Shown: positions 1 through 9,045, counted from the stretch's first letter. The stretch: 24,358 nucleotides of DNA from Nitrospirota bacterium (GCA_040754455.1 JBFMCP010000040.1:1-24358), one strand, 5' to 3'. A program made the numbers and translations. The notes: generated from the letters alone by a model not told the origin.

Positions 1-2
1 TG

Positions 3-137
3 AACCGCTGTATGGTCAGGGATCCGTCCAGCATCAACTGGCTAGGCCTCGAGCAGGCGATACCGGGGAATATCGTGCCCGACTTCCCCCTTTGTAACAA
101 GAGCTTTAATCAATCCTATTCGGGGAATGACCTATGA
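3..137 (+). CDS. C-terminus (partial) of energy-converting-hydrogenase-related (Ehr/HyfG-like) large subunit
   Basis: Frame 3 reads NRCMVRDPSSINWLGLEQAIPGNIVPDFPLCNKSFNQSYSGNDL*. The RDPS..NW and DFPLxNKSFN.SYSG.DL end is typical of Ehr large subunits. The stop overlaps the next ATG (ATGA). Confidence 0.85.
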   Translation, partial: NRCMVRDPSSINWLGLEQAIPGNIVPDFPLCNKSFNQSYSGNDL

Positions 138-655
138 TGAGAATACTCTATCAGATATTCCGTACCGGTATTGTGACGGAAGACATACCTTGGGAGATAA
201 ACGCGCAGATCGAGGCGATAGGAGAACGGCTTGAGGAGGCCGTTAAAGAACGGTTCAAGAAGAGCCTGACGATCCGGCAGGTGGATGCAGGCTCATGCAA
301 TGGGTGTGAGCTGGAGATCCATGCACTCAATAATCCCATCTACGATTGCGAGCGGTACGGTATTCATTTCACCGCCTCGCCGCGATTTGCGGATATGCTT
401 CTGGTCACCGGTCCTGTCGCACATAATATGGAGATCGCCCTCCGACGGACCTATGATGCCACGCCGGCCCCCAAACTGGTGGTTGCCGTGGGAGATTGCG
501 CCTGCAACGGAGGTATCTTCGGAGAAAGCTACGCCTCGCTTGGCGGCATTGATAAAGTAATACCCGTCGATGTCGCTATCTACGGGTGTCCGCCTCCACC
601 TCTTGCTATTTTGAGCGGCATCATGAGAGCTATAGAAGAGGGAAAAGGGAAATAA
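134..655 (+). CDS. NuoB/HycG-family Fe-S small subunit (Ehr small subunit)
   Basis: Motifs GSCNGCELE, SPRFADMLLVTG, VGDCA and GCPP. Translationally coupled to the large-subunit gene. Confidence 0.9.
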   Translation: MMRILYQIFRTGIVTEDIPWEINAQIEAIGERLEEAVKERFKKSLTIRQVDAGSCNGCELEIHALNNPIYDCERYGIHFTASPRFADMLLVTGPVAHNMEIALRRTYDATPAPKLVVAVGDCACNGGIFGESYASLGGIDKVIPVDVAIYGCPPPPLAILSGIMRAIEEGKGK

Positions 656-690
656 AAGGGGGCAGCGCAATTACACTGCTCCCCTTTCTT
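655..690 (+). terminator. Probable intrinsic, possibly bidirectional, terminator
   Basis: AAAGGGGGCAG...CTGCTCCCCTTT hairpin between convergent genes. Confidence 0.5.
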
Positions 691-740
691 GCTCGCATAA
701 TCATCGGATGCATTAAGAGCGATCTTACCGCTTAGCCTCT

Positions 741-1316
741 TTACTTTCCAGACACCGCCAGGACGAAATGATCGCGCCTGTTCTTTGCCCAGCACGCTTC
801 GGTGCTCTCGGAGCAGGCAGGCTTTTCCTCTCCGTAGCTTGCAGTTTGGATTCTGTTCGACGGAATGCCGAGTGACAGGAGGTAGGTCTTTGCCGCGTGC
901 GCTCTTCGCTCACCGAGAGCCAGGTTGTATTCATTGGTACCGCGCTCATCGCAGTGGCCCTCGATAATGACCTTTGTCTTAGGATCTTTCGAGAGGAGCA
1001 TCGCCAGCTCCCTGAGCACCGGCTTTGCATCCTCTCTGAGATCGTACTGATCGAAATCGAAGAGGATATCCCTGAGATTCGCATCGACCTCTTTCACTGT
1101 GGGCTGTACTTCGGCCTGCTGTGCCTTTGCCAGCTGTTTTTCAGTGATGGATTCTCTTGAGGAATCAGCAGCAAGCTTATCCTTTTCTGCGGCGGATGAC
1201 TGAGACTGCATCTTCGACTGCGGCGTCTGCTCAGGTGCGATAGCTATTTTTTTCTGGGAGCATCCTGTCACTGAGATGGCCCCTGCTATAACCATGACGA
1301 CTAAAAAACGTTTCAC
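741..1316 (-). CDS. pal: Peptidoglycan-associated lipoprotein (OmpA-like C-terminal domain)
   Basis: Lipobox VTGC; motifs ILFDFD, IEGHCDERGTNEYNLALGERRA, SYGEEKP and KNRRD; AAGGAG RBS before the GTG start. Confidence 0.92.
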   Translation of the reverse strand: MKRFLVVMVIAGAISVTGCSQKKIAIAPEQTPQSKMQSQSSAAEKDKLAADSSRESITEKQLAKAQQAEVQPTVKEVDANLRDILFDFDQYDLREDAKPVLRELAMLLSKDPKTKVIIEGHCDERGTNEYNLALGERRAHAAKTYLLSLGIPSNRIQTASYGEEKPACSESTEACWAKNRRDHFVLAVSGK

Positions 1317-1400
1317 TCTTATCTCCTTTGCTTATTGAAAATAGACATTAATAGCAAAAGTCCATCAATCTCCCCAACAAGGGGATGACGAACATGACAC

Positions 1401-1859
1401 TTACAAAACATCAGGACATTTGGAGAAACGGGGAGGAGAGAGATCCGTATACCGGTGATAGGATTCTATCTGTCGTTTGTGCCGAACCCCGTAAGCCGGT
1501 ATTGCATAGAGCGAATTGTAAGCCGGCGTGAACGAGGTGTCGACGGACGAAATGCTCTTTAATGACAAGAGCTTTGGAATAATGTTTTTTGAAATTACCG
1601 CCCGTTTTTTCCGGAGGAGGATTTTGACTTGGAGCGTATCACTTTCTGTTTCTTTAGCAGAAATAAGCTGAGAGCAGAGATAATCCAATAGAAGAATATG
1701 AATATCCTCCTCTGTAGAGGAGCAGGGGGGTGCCGTAGGTGTGATGCCAGCGATGGCCTCTTCGGTAATGGTGAACGAAAGCGGCGATACCGTATAGATG
1801 AAAAAGGAGAGGAGGATCAGCAGGAGGAAGATATGTCGTCTCAGAACCGGATAAAACAT
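1401..1859 (-). CDS. Hypothetical protein with N-terminal hydrophobic segment
   Basis: 152-aa ORF filling the gap upstream of pal; N-terminal TM/signal segment; LSPP near the C-terminus. Confidence 0.55.
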   Translation of the reverse strand: MFYPVLRRHIFLLLILLSFFIYTVSPLSFTITEEAIAGITPTAPPCSSTEEDIHILLLDYLCSQLISAKETESDTLQVKILLRKKRAVISKNIIPKLLSLKSISSVDTSFTPAYNSLYAIPAYGVRHKRQIESYHRYTDLSPPRFSKCPDVL

Positions 1860-1932
1860 GTTCTTACTTTAAGAAAAAGGCTATACAAAAATCAATAATT
1901 GTGCACTGCGATGTTTCTTTTTTCACGTATCC

Positions 1933-1961
1933 TTGACAGGGTACCTGATGCCTGTTACCAT
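1933..1961 (+). promoter_or_regulatory. Sigma70-type promoter for the dienelactone hydrolase gene
   Basis: TTGACA-17 nt-TACCAT with TG extended -10. Confidence 0.6.
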
Positions 1962-2026
1962 TTGTTCAGAAAAACCAAGGAGTGTTGTTTATTTAGAACA
2001 TACCACATCTTCCGAAGGAGGCGACT

Positions 2027-2806
2027 ATGAAATATTTATTGTTGGCAATAGCGATGATTGTAATGACAGCAGCAAGCGTTCAGGCTGAAGTGCGCACGCA
2101 GGTGATCGAGTATAAATTGGGTGCTACGGTGCTTGAGGGTTATCTTGCCTATGATGACAAGCTTTCAGGGAAACGGCCCGGCGTGCTTGTGGTGCATGAG
2201 TGGTACGGGATCAACCCCTACATCAAGAAGCGGACCGAGCAGCTTGCGCAGCTCGGCTATATCGCCTTTGCTGCCGACATCTACGGCAAAGGGATCAGGC
2301 CGAAGAATGAAAAAGAGGCAGCGGCACAGGCAACCACCTATAAATCAGACCGCCGGCTTATGCGCGCCCGTGCGAGGGCCGGCCTCGATGTGCTCAGAAA
2401 GCACGAGCTTACCGACAATAAACGCATTGCAGCTATCGGGTATTGCTTCGGCGGGACGACCGTGCTGGAGCTGGCGCGTAGCGGTGAGGATATCAATGGT
2501 GTGGTGAGCTTTCATGGTGGCCTTGATACACCAAATCCCGGCGATGCAAAGAATATAAAGGCAAAGGTGCTGGCGCTCCACGGCGCCGACGATCCCTTTG
2601 TTCCGATGAAGGAGGTGCTCGCCTTCCAGGATGAGATGCGCAAGGGAGGCGTCGATTGGCACATGGTCATTTATGGGAACGCCGTACACAGTTTTACCAA
2701 CCCCGAAGCGGGTACGGATACTTCCAAAGGCGCAGCCTACAATGAAAAAGCCGATAAGCGCTCATGGAACGCGATGAAGGTCTTTTTTGCGGAGATCTTT
2801 AAATAA
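2027..2806 (+). CDS. Dienelactone hydrolase family protein, exported
   Basis: Signal peptide ending in VQA; motifs VVHEWYG, nucleophile GYCFGG, HGADDP and HSFT; AAGGAGG RBS. Confidence 0.92.
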   Translation: MKYLLLAIAMIVMTAASVQAEVRTQVIEYKLGATVLEGYLAYDDKLSGKRPGVLVVHEWYGINPYIKKRTEQLAQLGYIAFAADIYGKGIRPKNEKEAAAQATTYKSDRRLMRARARAGLDVLRKHELTDNKRIAAIGYCFGGTTVLELARSGEDINGVVSFHGGLDTPNPGDAKNIKAKVLALHGADDPFVPMKEVLAFQDEMRKGGVDWHMVIYGNAVHSFTNPEAGTDTSKGAAYNEKADKRSWNAMKVFFAEIFK

Positions 2807-2866
2807 ATGTTTATGCGCAGTATCCATCCAGCTGTTGGAGCGAACGTTGTATGCTATGATGAATAC

Positions 2867-3757
2867 ATGAAGTCGAATTTTTGCGCTGACCCCGGCGAAG
2901 ATAAAAAGCTCACCTTTCGCTTTGAGCAATCATTGAAAAAAGGAGTGACCCCGCATACTGTTGCGTTCTTCCGGAAAATCATTTATGATCACTATGAAAA
3001 GCACCGGCGCCCTTTTGCCTGGCGCATGACTGAAGACCCCTATCGTATTCTTGTTTCAGAGATCATGCTCCAGCAGACACAGACCGAAAGGGTCAGGGAG
3101 AAATACGAGCAATTCATTACCGCCTTTCCGAGTTTCAGGGCACTCGCCAGAGCGCCGCTGCAGAAGGTGCTCAGCGTATGGCAGGGCATGGGGTATAACC
3201 GCCGCGCCATCGCCTTAAAGGAGCTTGCCGACGTCGTGGTCAGGGAGTATAAGGGGAAGCTCCCTTCCACTCACGATGAGTTGCGGAAGCTCCCCGGCGT
3301 CGGCCCCTATACGGCATCGGCGATTGCGGCTTTTGCCTTCAATCAGCCTGTGCTCCTGATCGAAACCAATATCAGAACAGTGTTTATCCATCTCTTCTTT
3401 CAAGACCGGGATGAGGTAACCGACAGAGAGATTCTCCCCCTGATCGAGCTGACGCTCGATGTCGCCAATCCCCGAATATGGTACAACGCCCTGATGGATT
3501 ACGGTGCGATGCTGAAGAAATATCACCAGAATCCTGGCAGGAGAAGCGCACACTATAAACGGCAGACGCCCTTCGAGGGATCGGACCGCCAGATGCGCGG
3601 CGCGCTCCTGAAGGTGATTATCGAACATCCCGGGATTTCGGAACAGAAAATTATACAGATGGTTGATGCTCCAAGAGAAAGGCTCAAGCAAAATCTCAAC
3701 AAGCTGCGGGAAGAGGGCTTCATCAAACGGCAGGGCAGAAGACTGACTGTTGCCTAA
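2867..3757 (+). CDS. mutY: MutY-like HhH-GPD A/G-specific adenine glycosylase, short form without the Fe-S cluster
   Basis: Motifs WR...PY.ILVSEIMLQQTQ, WQGMGYNRRA, HhH LPGVGPYTA and NALMDYGA. The start may be 2807; 2867 is preferred because an extended -10 lies just upstream. Confidence 0.8.
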   Translation: MKSNFCADPGEDKKLTFRFEQSLKKGVTPHTVAFFRKIIYDHYEKHRRPFAWRMTEDPYRILVSEIMLQQTQTERVREKYEQFITAFPSFRALARAPLQKVLSVWQGMGYNRRAIALKELADVVVREYKGKLPSTHDELRKLPGVGPYTASAIAAFAFNQPVLLIETNIRTVFIHLFFQDRDEVTDREILPLIELTLDVANPRIWYNALMDYGAMLKKYHQNPGRRSAHYKRQTPFEGSDRQMRGALLKVIIEHPGISEQKIIQMVDAPRERLKQNLNKLREEGFIKRQGRRLTVA

Positions 3758-5115
3758 TCCTCTGCCAGTCCGTGCTTCTTTAACTTTCTCCAGAGCGACA
3801 CCCGGTCGATGCCGAGAATCTGTGCCGCCAGGGTCTTGTTGCCGCCCACCTCATTCATCACCCACTGAATATAGGCAATTTCCTGATCTTCAAGGGAAGG
3901 GATCTTGCCGTCCTTCTTTCTGAAGGTCTTTATATTCAGTTCCCGCAGGTCTTCGGGGAGATGGGCGATCTCGATCGAAGCGCCGTTCGAGAGGGCAACG
4001 CCCCGCTCAATGATATTTTCGAGCTCACGCACATTGCCGGGGAAGTCATAGTTCATAAGCAGTGAGAGTACGTCCGGAGATATTTCTGCGATAGACTTGT
4101 TCATGAGCGCTGCATACTTTTTGAGGAAATAATAGCTGAGCACCGGTATATCCTCTCTCCGTTCAGAAAGAGGGGGGATGTGGAGGGAAACGACATTCAG
4201 CCTGAAGTAGAGGTCCTGCCTGAAATGCCCGCTCCGCAGCGCATCATGGATATCCCGGTTGGTTGCGGCGATAAACCGCACATCCACCCGGGCCGGTTTT
4301 GTCGCCCCTACTCTCAGGACCTCCTTTTCCTGAATTACCCTGAGGAGCTTCACCTGCATGGGAGAGGGCATCTCGGTGATCTCGTCGAGGAAGAGGGTCC
4401 CTCCGGAGGCCATCTCGATCAATCCCTTCTTCAAGGTGGTCGCGCCGGTAAAGGCGCCTTTCTCGTGGCCGAAGAGCTCGTTTGAGAGCAATTCTTCGGT
4501 GAAGGCACCGCAGTTGATTGCAAGGTAGGGACCTTCGGAGCGCTTGCTGTTGAAGTGGATATATTTTGCGAAGAGCTCCTTGCCGGTGCCGCTTTCACCG
4601 CTGATCAGGACATTGCAGTCCGTCGGCGCAATCTGGCGCGCGGTATCGAGGAGCTGCTGCATCCGTGGATCCTGGGTGATGATCTTCACCTTTCCCTGGT
4701 ATGCCTCGATCTGGGCTCTGAGCTGGCTGTTCTCTCTCCTGAGGCGGACCTTCTCGAACGCCTCCCGCACTACCTTCCTCACCTCATCGAGCTTGAAGGG
4801 CTTCGCGATATAGTAGAAGGCACCGTGCTTCATGGCATCGACGGCGGATTGCAGCGTGGCGTATCCGGTGATCATGATGATCTCGGTATCGGGATGGAGC
4901 TCACGGCTTTTCTTGAGAATCTGCATGCCGTCCACCTTTTCCATCTTCAGGTCGGTCAGCACTACATCGAACTGCTGCTCCTCGAGCAGTTTGAGGGCGT
5001 TCTGGCCGCTCTGTGTTCCGGTGACGGTATATCCCTCTTTCTTCATCACATGCTCGAGATTCTTGAGCGCTATCTTTTCATCATCGACAATCAATATTCT
5101 GGCATGGTTCTGCAT
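3754..5115 (-). CDS. Sigma54-dependent two-component response regulator (NtrC/AtoC family)
   Basis: REC (DD, D in TDLKM, T, K in KPF), Walker A GESGTGKE, GAFTGA, LFLDEI, FPGNVREL and a C-terminal Fis HTH. Confidence 0.95.
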   Translation of the reverse strand: MQNHARILIVDDEKIALKNLEHVMKKEGYTVTGTQSGQNALKLLEEQQFDVVLTDLKMEKVDGMQILKKSRELHPDTEIIMITGYATLQSAVDAMKHGAFYYIAKPFKLDEVRKVVREAFEKVRLRRENSQLRAQIEAYQGKVKIITQDPRMQQLLDTARQIAPTDCNVLISGESGTGKELFAKYIHFNSKRSEGPYLAINCGAFTEELLSNELFGHEKGAFTGATTLKKGLIEMASGGTLFLDEITEMPSPMQVKLLRVIQEKEVLRVGATKPARVDVRFIAATNRDIHDALRSGHFRQDLYFRLNVVSLHIPPLSERREDIPVLSYYFLKKYAALMNKSIAEISPDVLSLLMNYDFPGNVRELENIIERGVALSNGASIEIAHLPEDLRELNIKTFRKKDGKIPSLEDQEIAYIQWVMNEVGGNKTLAAQILGIDRVSLWRKLKKHGLAED

Positions 5116-5118
5116 TGC

Positions 5119-6630
5119 TTAACTCCTCTCGTGCTGTTTCGGCAGAGGCAGCCGTATGAGAAAGACCGTTCCTTTTCCGACCTCGCTGTCGACGGCGATG
5201 CAGCCGTCATGTTCCTCTATAATTTCATGGACAATGGAAAGGCCCAGTCCCGATCCCTTTCCGACATCCTTGGTCGTGAAAAAAGGATCGAATACCTTCG
5301 GCAGCAGTTCGGGAGGAATACCTGCTCCCGTATCCCGTATCTCGATATCAACCGTATCGTCCTCGACGGTGCACTTCCCGTGGTACTTCAGATAATTGTA
5401 GATCTCCGGCCCGTTCTCCTCGATCTTGTCGATCGCCCGGCGCCGCTTGGCGCTGATGAATATTTTCCCTTCATCGTGAATCGCCTCGAGGGCATTTTTG
5501 ATCAGGTTCAGAAAGACCTGCTGTATCCGCTGCTTGTCGGCGAAAATGAAGATATAATCGGGAACAGCGACAGTTATTTCCACTTTCGCCGGTATCTGCC
5601 CCTTGATGAAGCGCAGGGTCTCCTCGATGAGCTTTTTCAGCGGAAGCATCTCCTTACGGAAATCCTGCTTCCTCGAAAATTCGAGAAGGGAACGGACAAT
5701 GTTCCGTGCCCGGTCGGTCTGCTCATTGATCTGCGCGAGGAGCTCTTTTTTGTATTCTATATCATTTTCTTCGATCTCCTCGGAGAGAATCTGAGAGGAG
5801 GTCGATATGTTTGAAAGAGGGTTATTGAGCTCATGGGCGACGCCGGAAAGGAGGGTGCCGAGGGAAGCGAGCTTTTCGGATTGTATAAGGTGCCGCTGCC
5901 GCAGCTCGAGCTCTTTCAGCATTTTGTTGAAGGCGTTGGTCAGTGAAATGATCTCCCGGTCTTTCGAATCGATCCGGATTTTTTCGAACCTGCCGTCGGC
6001 AATAATCTCCATACTCTCTTCGAGCCGCTTGAGCGGCCTCACTACGATTCTCGACAGCACCTGACCGATGACAATTCCCAGAAAGGAGAGGGCAAGAATG
6101 GAGAGAATGAGTGTGCTCTGTGAATTGGCCAGAAGCACCTGGAGGTTTCTCCGTTCGGCCTTTGCAATTTCTTCGGCGATGTTCACAATGTCCTTTCCGA
6201 TCACGCGTATCTTCCCCTCCAGGATTTCGCGTTGTGCCCACGCCTGTTTGTCGAGCGCTGCATATGCCTCGATGAGCTTTTTGTATTCACCGAGGTCGTA
6301 CTGCAGTGTGCTGATCTGGAAGGACGTGGCAATGGTATAAAATTCCTTGCTGTTGCGGGCGAGCGATTCCTGTGCTGTGGTGATGTAGTGTATGTTCTCC
6401 TGATAATCCGATTCCTGGCCATAGAGGAAATAATTCTTTTCAAATCGCCTGATCTCGAGCGCGGTGTTGAAAAACTCGGCAACCGCCTCACCCGACATGA
6501 CCTTTTTTTCGACAGACCTGAGCTCCATGAAGTTGAAGATGGCGAGCCCGACGATAATAATAACAATGGCATAGTAGCCGAGGATGATCTTTTGCCTGAT
6601 GCTCGAGTAGTAGAGAAAGCGCCTGAACAT
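5119..6630 (-). CDS. Membrane sensor histidine kinase (2 TM, HAMP, HisKA, HATPase)
   Basis: H-box AHELNNPL, N-box NLIKNA, DTGAGI, FDPFFTTK and GSGLGL. Confidence 0.95.
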   Translation of the reverse strand: MFRRFLYYSSIRQKIILGYYAIVIIIVGLAIFNFMELRSVEKKVMSGEAVAEFFNTALEIRRFEKNYFLYGQESDYQENIHYITTAQESLARNSKEFYTIATSFQISTLQYDLGEYKKLIEAYAALDKQAWAQREILEGKIRVIGKDIVNIAEEIAKAERRNLQVLLANSQSTLILSILALSFLGIVIGQVLSRIVVRPLKRLEESMEIIADGRFEKIRIDSKDREIISLTNAFNKMLKELELRQRHLIQSEKLASLGTLLSGVAHELNNPLSNISTSSQILSEEIEENDIEYKKELLAQINEQTDRARNIVRSLLEFSRKQDFRKEMLPLKKLIEETLRFIKGQIPAKVEITVAVPDYIFIFADKQRIQQVFLNLIKNALEAIHDEGKIFISAKRRRAIDKIEENGPEIYNYLKYHGKCTVEDDTVDIEIRDTGAGIPPELLPKVFDPFFTTKDVGKGSGLGLSIVHEIIEEHDGCIAVDSEVGKGTVFLIRLPLPKQHERS

Positions 6631-6726
6631 ACTTCATTGTAAACAGTAACTATTGCAAAAAGCAACAATGACTGTTCACACGGTGCCTTCACTCGTTTTT
6701 AAGAGAGGACAGTGCTGCGGGCAGGA

Positions 6727-8739
6727 TTACTTGGTGAGCACTGTGTCGATTACCTCGTCCAGATAATCGGTGAAGTGAATGGTCATTCCTTTTTTCATCT
6801 CCCCGGTCAATTCCTCGAGGTCGGGTCTGTTCCTGGAAGGCAGGATGACGGCCTTTATCCCTGCGCGCCGGGCTGCCGCGAGCTTTTCCCGTATGCCGCT
6901 GACCTGAAGCACTCTTCCGGTAAGGGTTATCTCGCCGGTCATGGCGACGTCCCTGCGGGCGGGCCTGTTGGTGAGGAGTGAAATGAGCGCCATGGCAATG
7001 GTAATCCCTGCGGAAGGGCCGTCCTTCTGGATAGTGCCGGACGGGACATGAATATGGATATCGTGGTGCTCAAAGAAGTCTTCAGGGATGCCGAACACGG
7101 CAGCATTGCTCCGCACATAGCTGAGGGCGGCCTGTGCGGACTCCCTCATCACTTCACCGAGCGAGCCGGTCAGAATAAGCTCTTTTCTGCCTTTCATCCG
7201 CGCCGCCTCGACAAAGATGATATCTCCTCCGGTCTCGGTTAGCACCAGCCCGGTCGTAACGCCGACCCGGTCATGTTCTCCAGCAGTTTCGTAATGGTAG
7301 AGGGGACGCCCCAGATAGTGCTCAATGAGAGCAGGGGTGATGACCAGAGGTTTTGACTGCCCGCTGCTGGCAGCGCGGTCCTGAACGATCTCCTTTGCCG
7401 TCTTTCTGAAGATGGCGGCGATCTTTCGCTCGAGATTTCTGGTTCCCGACTCATGCGTATACTCCTGAATTATTTTGTAGAGCACCTCCTCGGTAAATTC
7501 AGGAGCATAACCGCATAATCCCTTATCGTTGAGCTGCCGCGGGATAATGAACTGCGAGGCTATGTGCACCTTCTCTTCAGGGGTATAGCCGCTGAATTCG
7601 ATCACCTCCATGCGATCCCTGAGCGGGGCCGGTATGCTCTCGACCGTGTTTGAAGTGAGAATGAACATCACCTCCGAGAGGTCGAAGGGAACGTCGAGAT
7701 AGTGATCGACAAAGCTGCGGTTCTGTTCGGGGTCCAGCACCTCCAGCAGCGCCGACGCCGGGTCTCCCTTGAAGTCATGGCCTATCTTGTCCAGCTCATC
7801 AAGCATGATGACAGGGTTGGAGGACCCCACGCGGCGTATTTCTTCGATAATCCTTCCGGGCTTTGCGCCTACATAGGTGCGGCGGTGCCCCCGTATCTCC
7901 GCCTCGTCCCTCATCCCGCCCAGCGCGATCCGTACGAAATGCCTCCCCAGGGCTTTTGCAACGGTTCTCCCCATTGAGGTCTTTCCTGTCCCCGGCGGGC
8001 CGGCAAAACAGAGTACCGAGCTGTGTGTTGTGCTCATCATCACGCGGTTCTCAAGCGCCTGTTTGACGGCGGCACGTACCTCCTCGAGCTTGAAAGGCTT
8101 TGCGATATACGAGAAGGCGCCCTTTTTCATAGCTTCCACTGCAGAGGGAACGGTGGCATATCCGGTGATCATGATCACCCGGGTGTCCGGCTGTTGTGCG
8201 CGAATGTTCTCAAGGACCTCCATGCCGTCCACGCCGGGCATCTTGAGGTCGGTGATAATGACATCAAAGCGGGTGGTGCGAAGCTTGTTCAAGGCATCGG
8301 TGCCATCCGTTGCGACCGCCACCTCGTAGTTTTCCCGAGCCAGTATATGGGTCAGGTTCTTTCTCGCGATCTCTTCATCGTCGACAACAAGAATACGCGG
8401 CGGCGTATCCAGTTTGAGGATTTTTACGGCGAGATGTTCGAGAATCCTCTCTTTAACGCTCGTGAGGCCGTAGTGACTCTCCGTCATTATATTCTCTGCG
8501 CGCCTGAGATCGAGGTTGTCCTCGGTTTTCTTGTTCCACGGCAAAGTAACAAGGTAATCGATATACGTAAAGCCGATCGTGTACTCTGCGGTTGAGGGGC
8601 TGATTTTAGAGAGGGTCTCGAGTTCCTGAAGGGCAATGCTCTCTACGGAGGAAGGCATCCGTACCGCGATGATCTTCTGCCTGAGCTCCTCCAGGGCCTC
8701 ATCGTGTAGCTCTCCCTCTGATTTTTTGAAGAATCCCAT
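6727..8739 (-). CDS. lon: Lon (S16) ATP-dependent protease with an inserted receiver domain and no N-terminal domain
   Basis: [21 protein letters not shown] insert at about aa 115-230, Walker [26 protein letters not shown], catalytic KDGPSAG and IREK. Confidence 0.92.
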   Translation of the reverse strand: MGFFKKSEGELHDEALEELRQKIIAVRMPSSVESIALQELETLSKISPSTAEYTIGFTYIDYLVTLPWNKKTEDNLDLRRAENIMTESHYGLTSVKERILEHLAVKILKLDTPPRILVVDDEEIARKNLTHILARENYEVAVATDGTDALNKLRTTRFDVIITDLKMPGVDGMEVLENIRAQQPDTRVIMITGYATVPSAVEAMKKGAFSYIAKPFKLEEVRAAVKQALENRVMMSTTHSSVLCFAGPPGTGKTSMGRTVAKALGRHFVRIALGGMRDEAEIRGHRRTYVGAKPGRIIEEIRRVGSSNPVIMLDELDKIGHDFKGDPASALLEVLDPEQNRSFVDHYLDVPFDLSEVMFILTSNTVESIPAPLRDRMEVIEFSGYTPEEKVHIASQFIIPRQLNDKGLCGYAPEFTEEVLYKIIQEYTHESGTRNLERKIAAIFRKTAKEIVQDRAASSGQSKPLVITPALIEHYLGRPLYHYETAGEHDRVGVTTGLVLTETGGDIIFVEAARMKGRKELILTGSLGEVMRESAQAALSYVRSNAAVFGIPEDFFEHHDIHIHVPSGTIQKDGPSAGITIAMALISLLTNRPARRDVAMTGEITLTGRVLQVSGIREKLAAARRAGIKAVILPSRNRPDLEELTGEMKKGMTIHFTDYLDEVIDTVLTK

Positions 8740-8808
8740 CGCTGCAGTAATTTACCATAATGTGGAATCTGTGTGGAAGCTAAGGAAGTATGCCTGTTAT
8801 AATATGTT

Positions 8809-8910
8809 GTTGCATATTGAAACATCGCACCCCTTTCTGCATCGCTCAGGATTTCTCTTAAAATTCAACGCATAAAATCATAGTGCGCTATGGCAGTTGC
8901 AGAATGCAAC
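8809..8910. promoter_or_regulatory. Pair of palindromic sites, probable enhancer (UAS) for the sigma54 activator
   Basis: GTTGCA-TAT-TGAAAC (8809-8823) and the perfect GTTGCA-GAA-TGCAAC (8896-8910), about 80-180 nt upstream of the -24/-12 site. Confidence 0.55.
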
Positions 8911-8986
8911 GAAAAGGTGCCGACGGTACCTACATTTTTTCGAAAATATACTAATAAATTCAACGCGATGCTGGAAAGGGCTGTTC

Positions 8987-9003
8987 TGGCACGGAACATG
9001 ATA
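8987..9003 (+). promoter_or_regulatory. Probable sigma54 (-24/-12) promoter
   Basis: TGGCACGGAACATGATA has a perfect -24 TGGCAC and correct GG-N10 spacing, but GA replaces GC at -12. It is divergent from a GAFTGA-containing activator. Confidence 0.6.
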
Positions 9004-9045
9004 AAAGGGTAATGATTATTTTCAATTTTAGAAGGGAGGATAACG

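Noticed and set aside
4555..5814. 419-aa plus-strand ORF
   Set aside because: It is the antisense shadow of the well-supported kinase and response regulator genes and has no motifs of its own.
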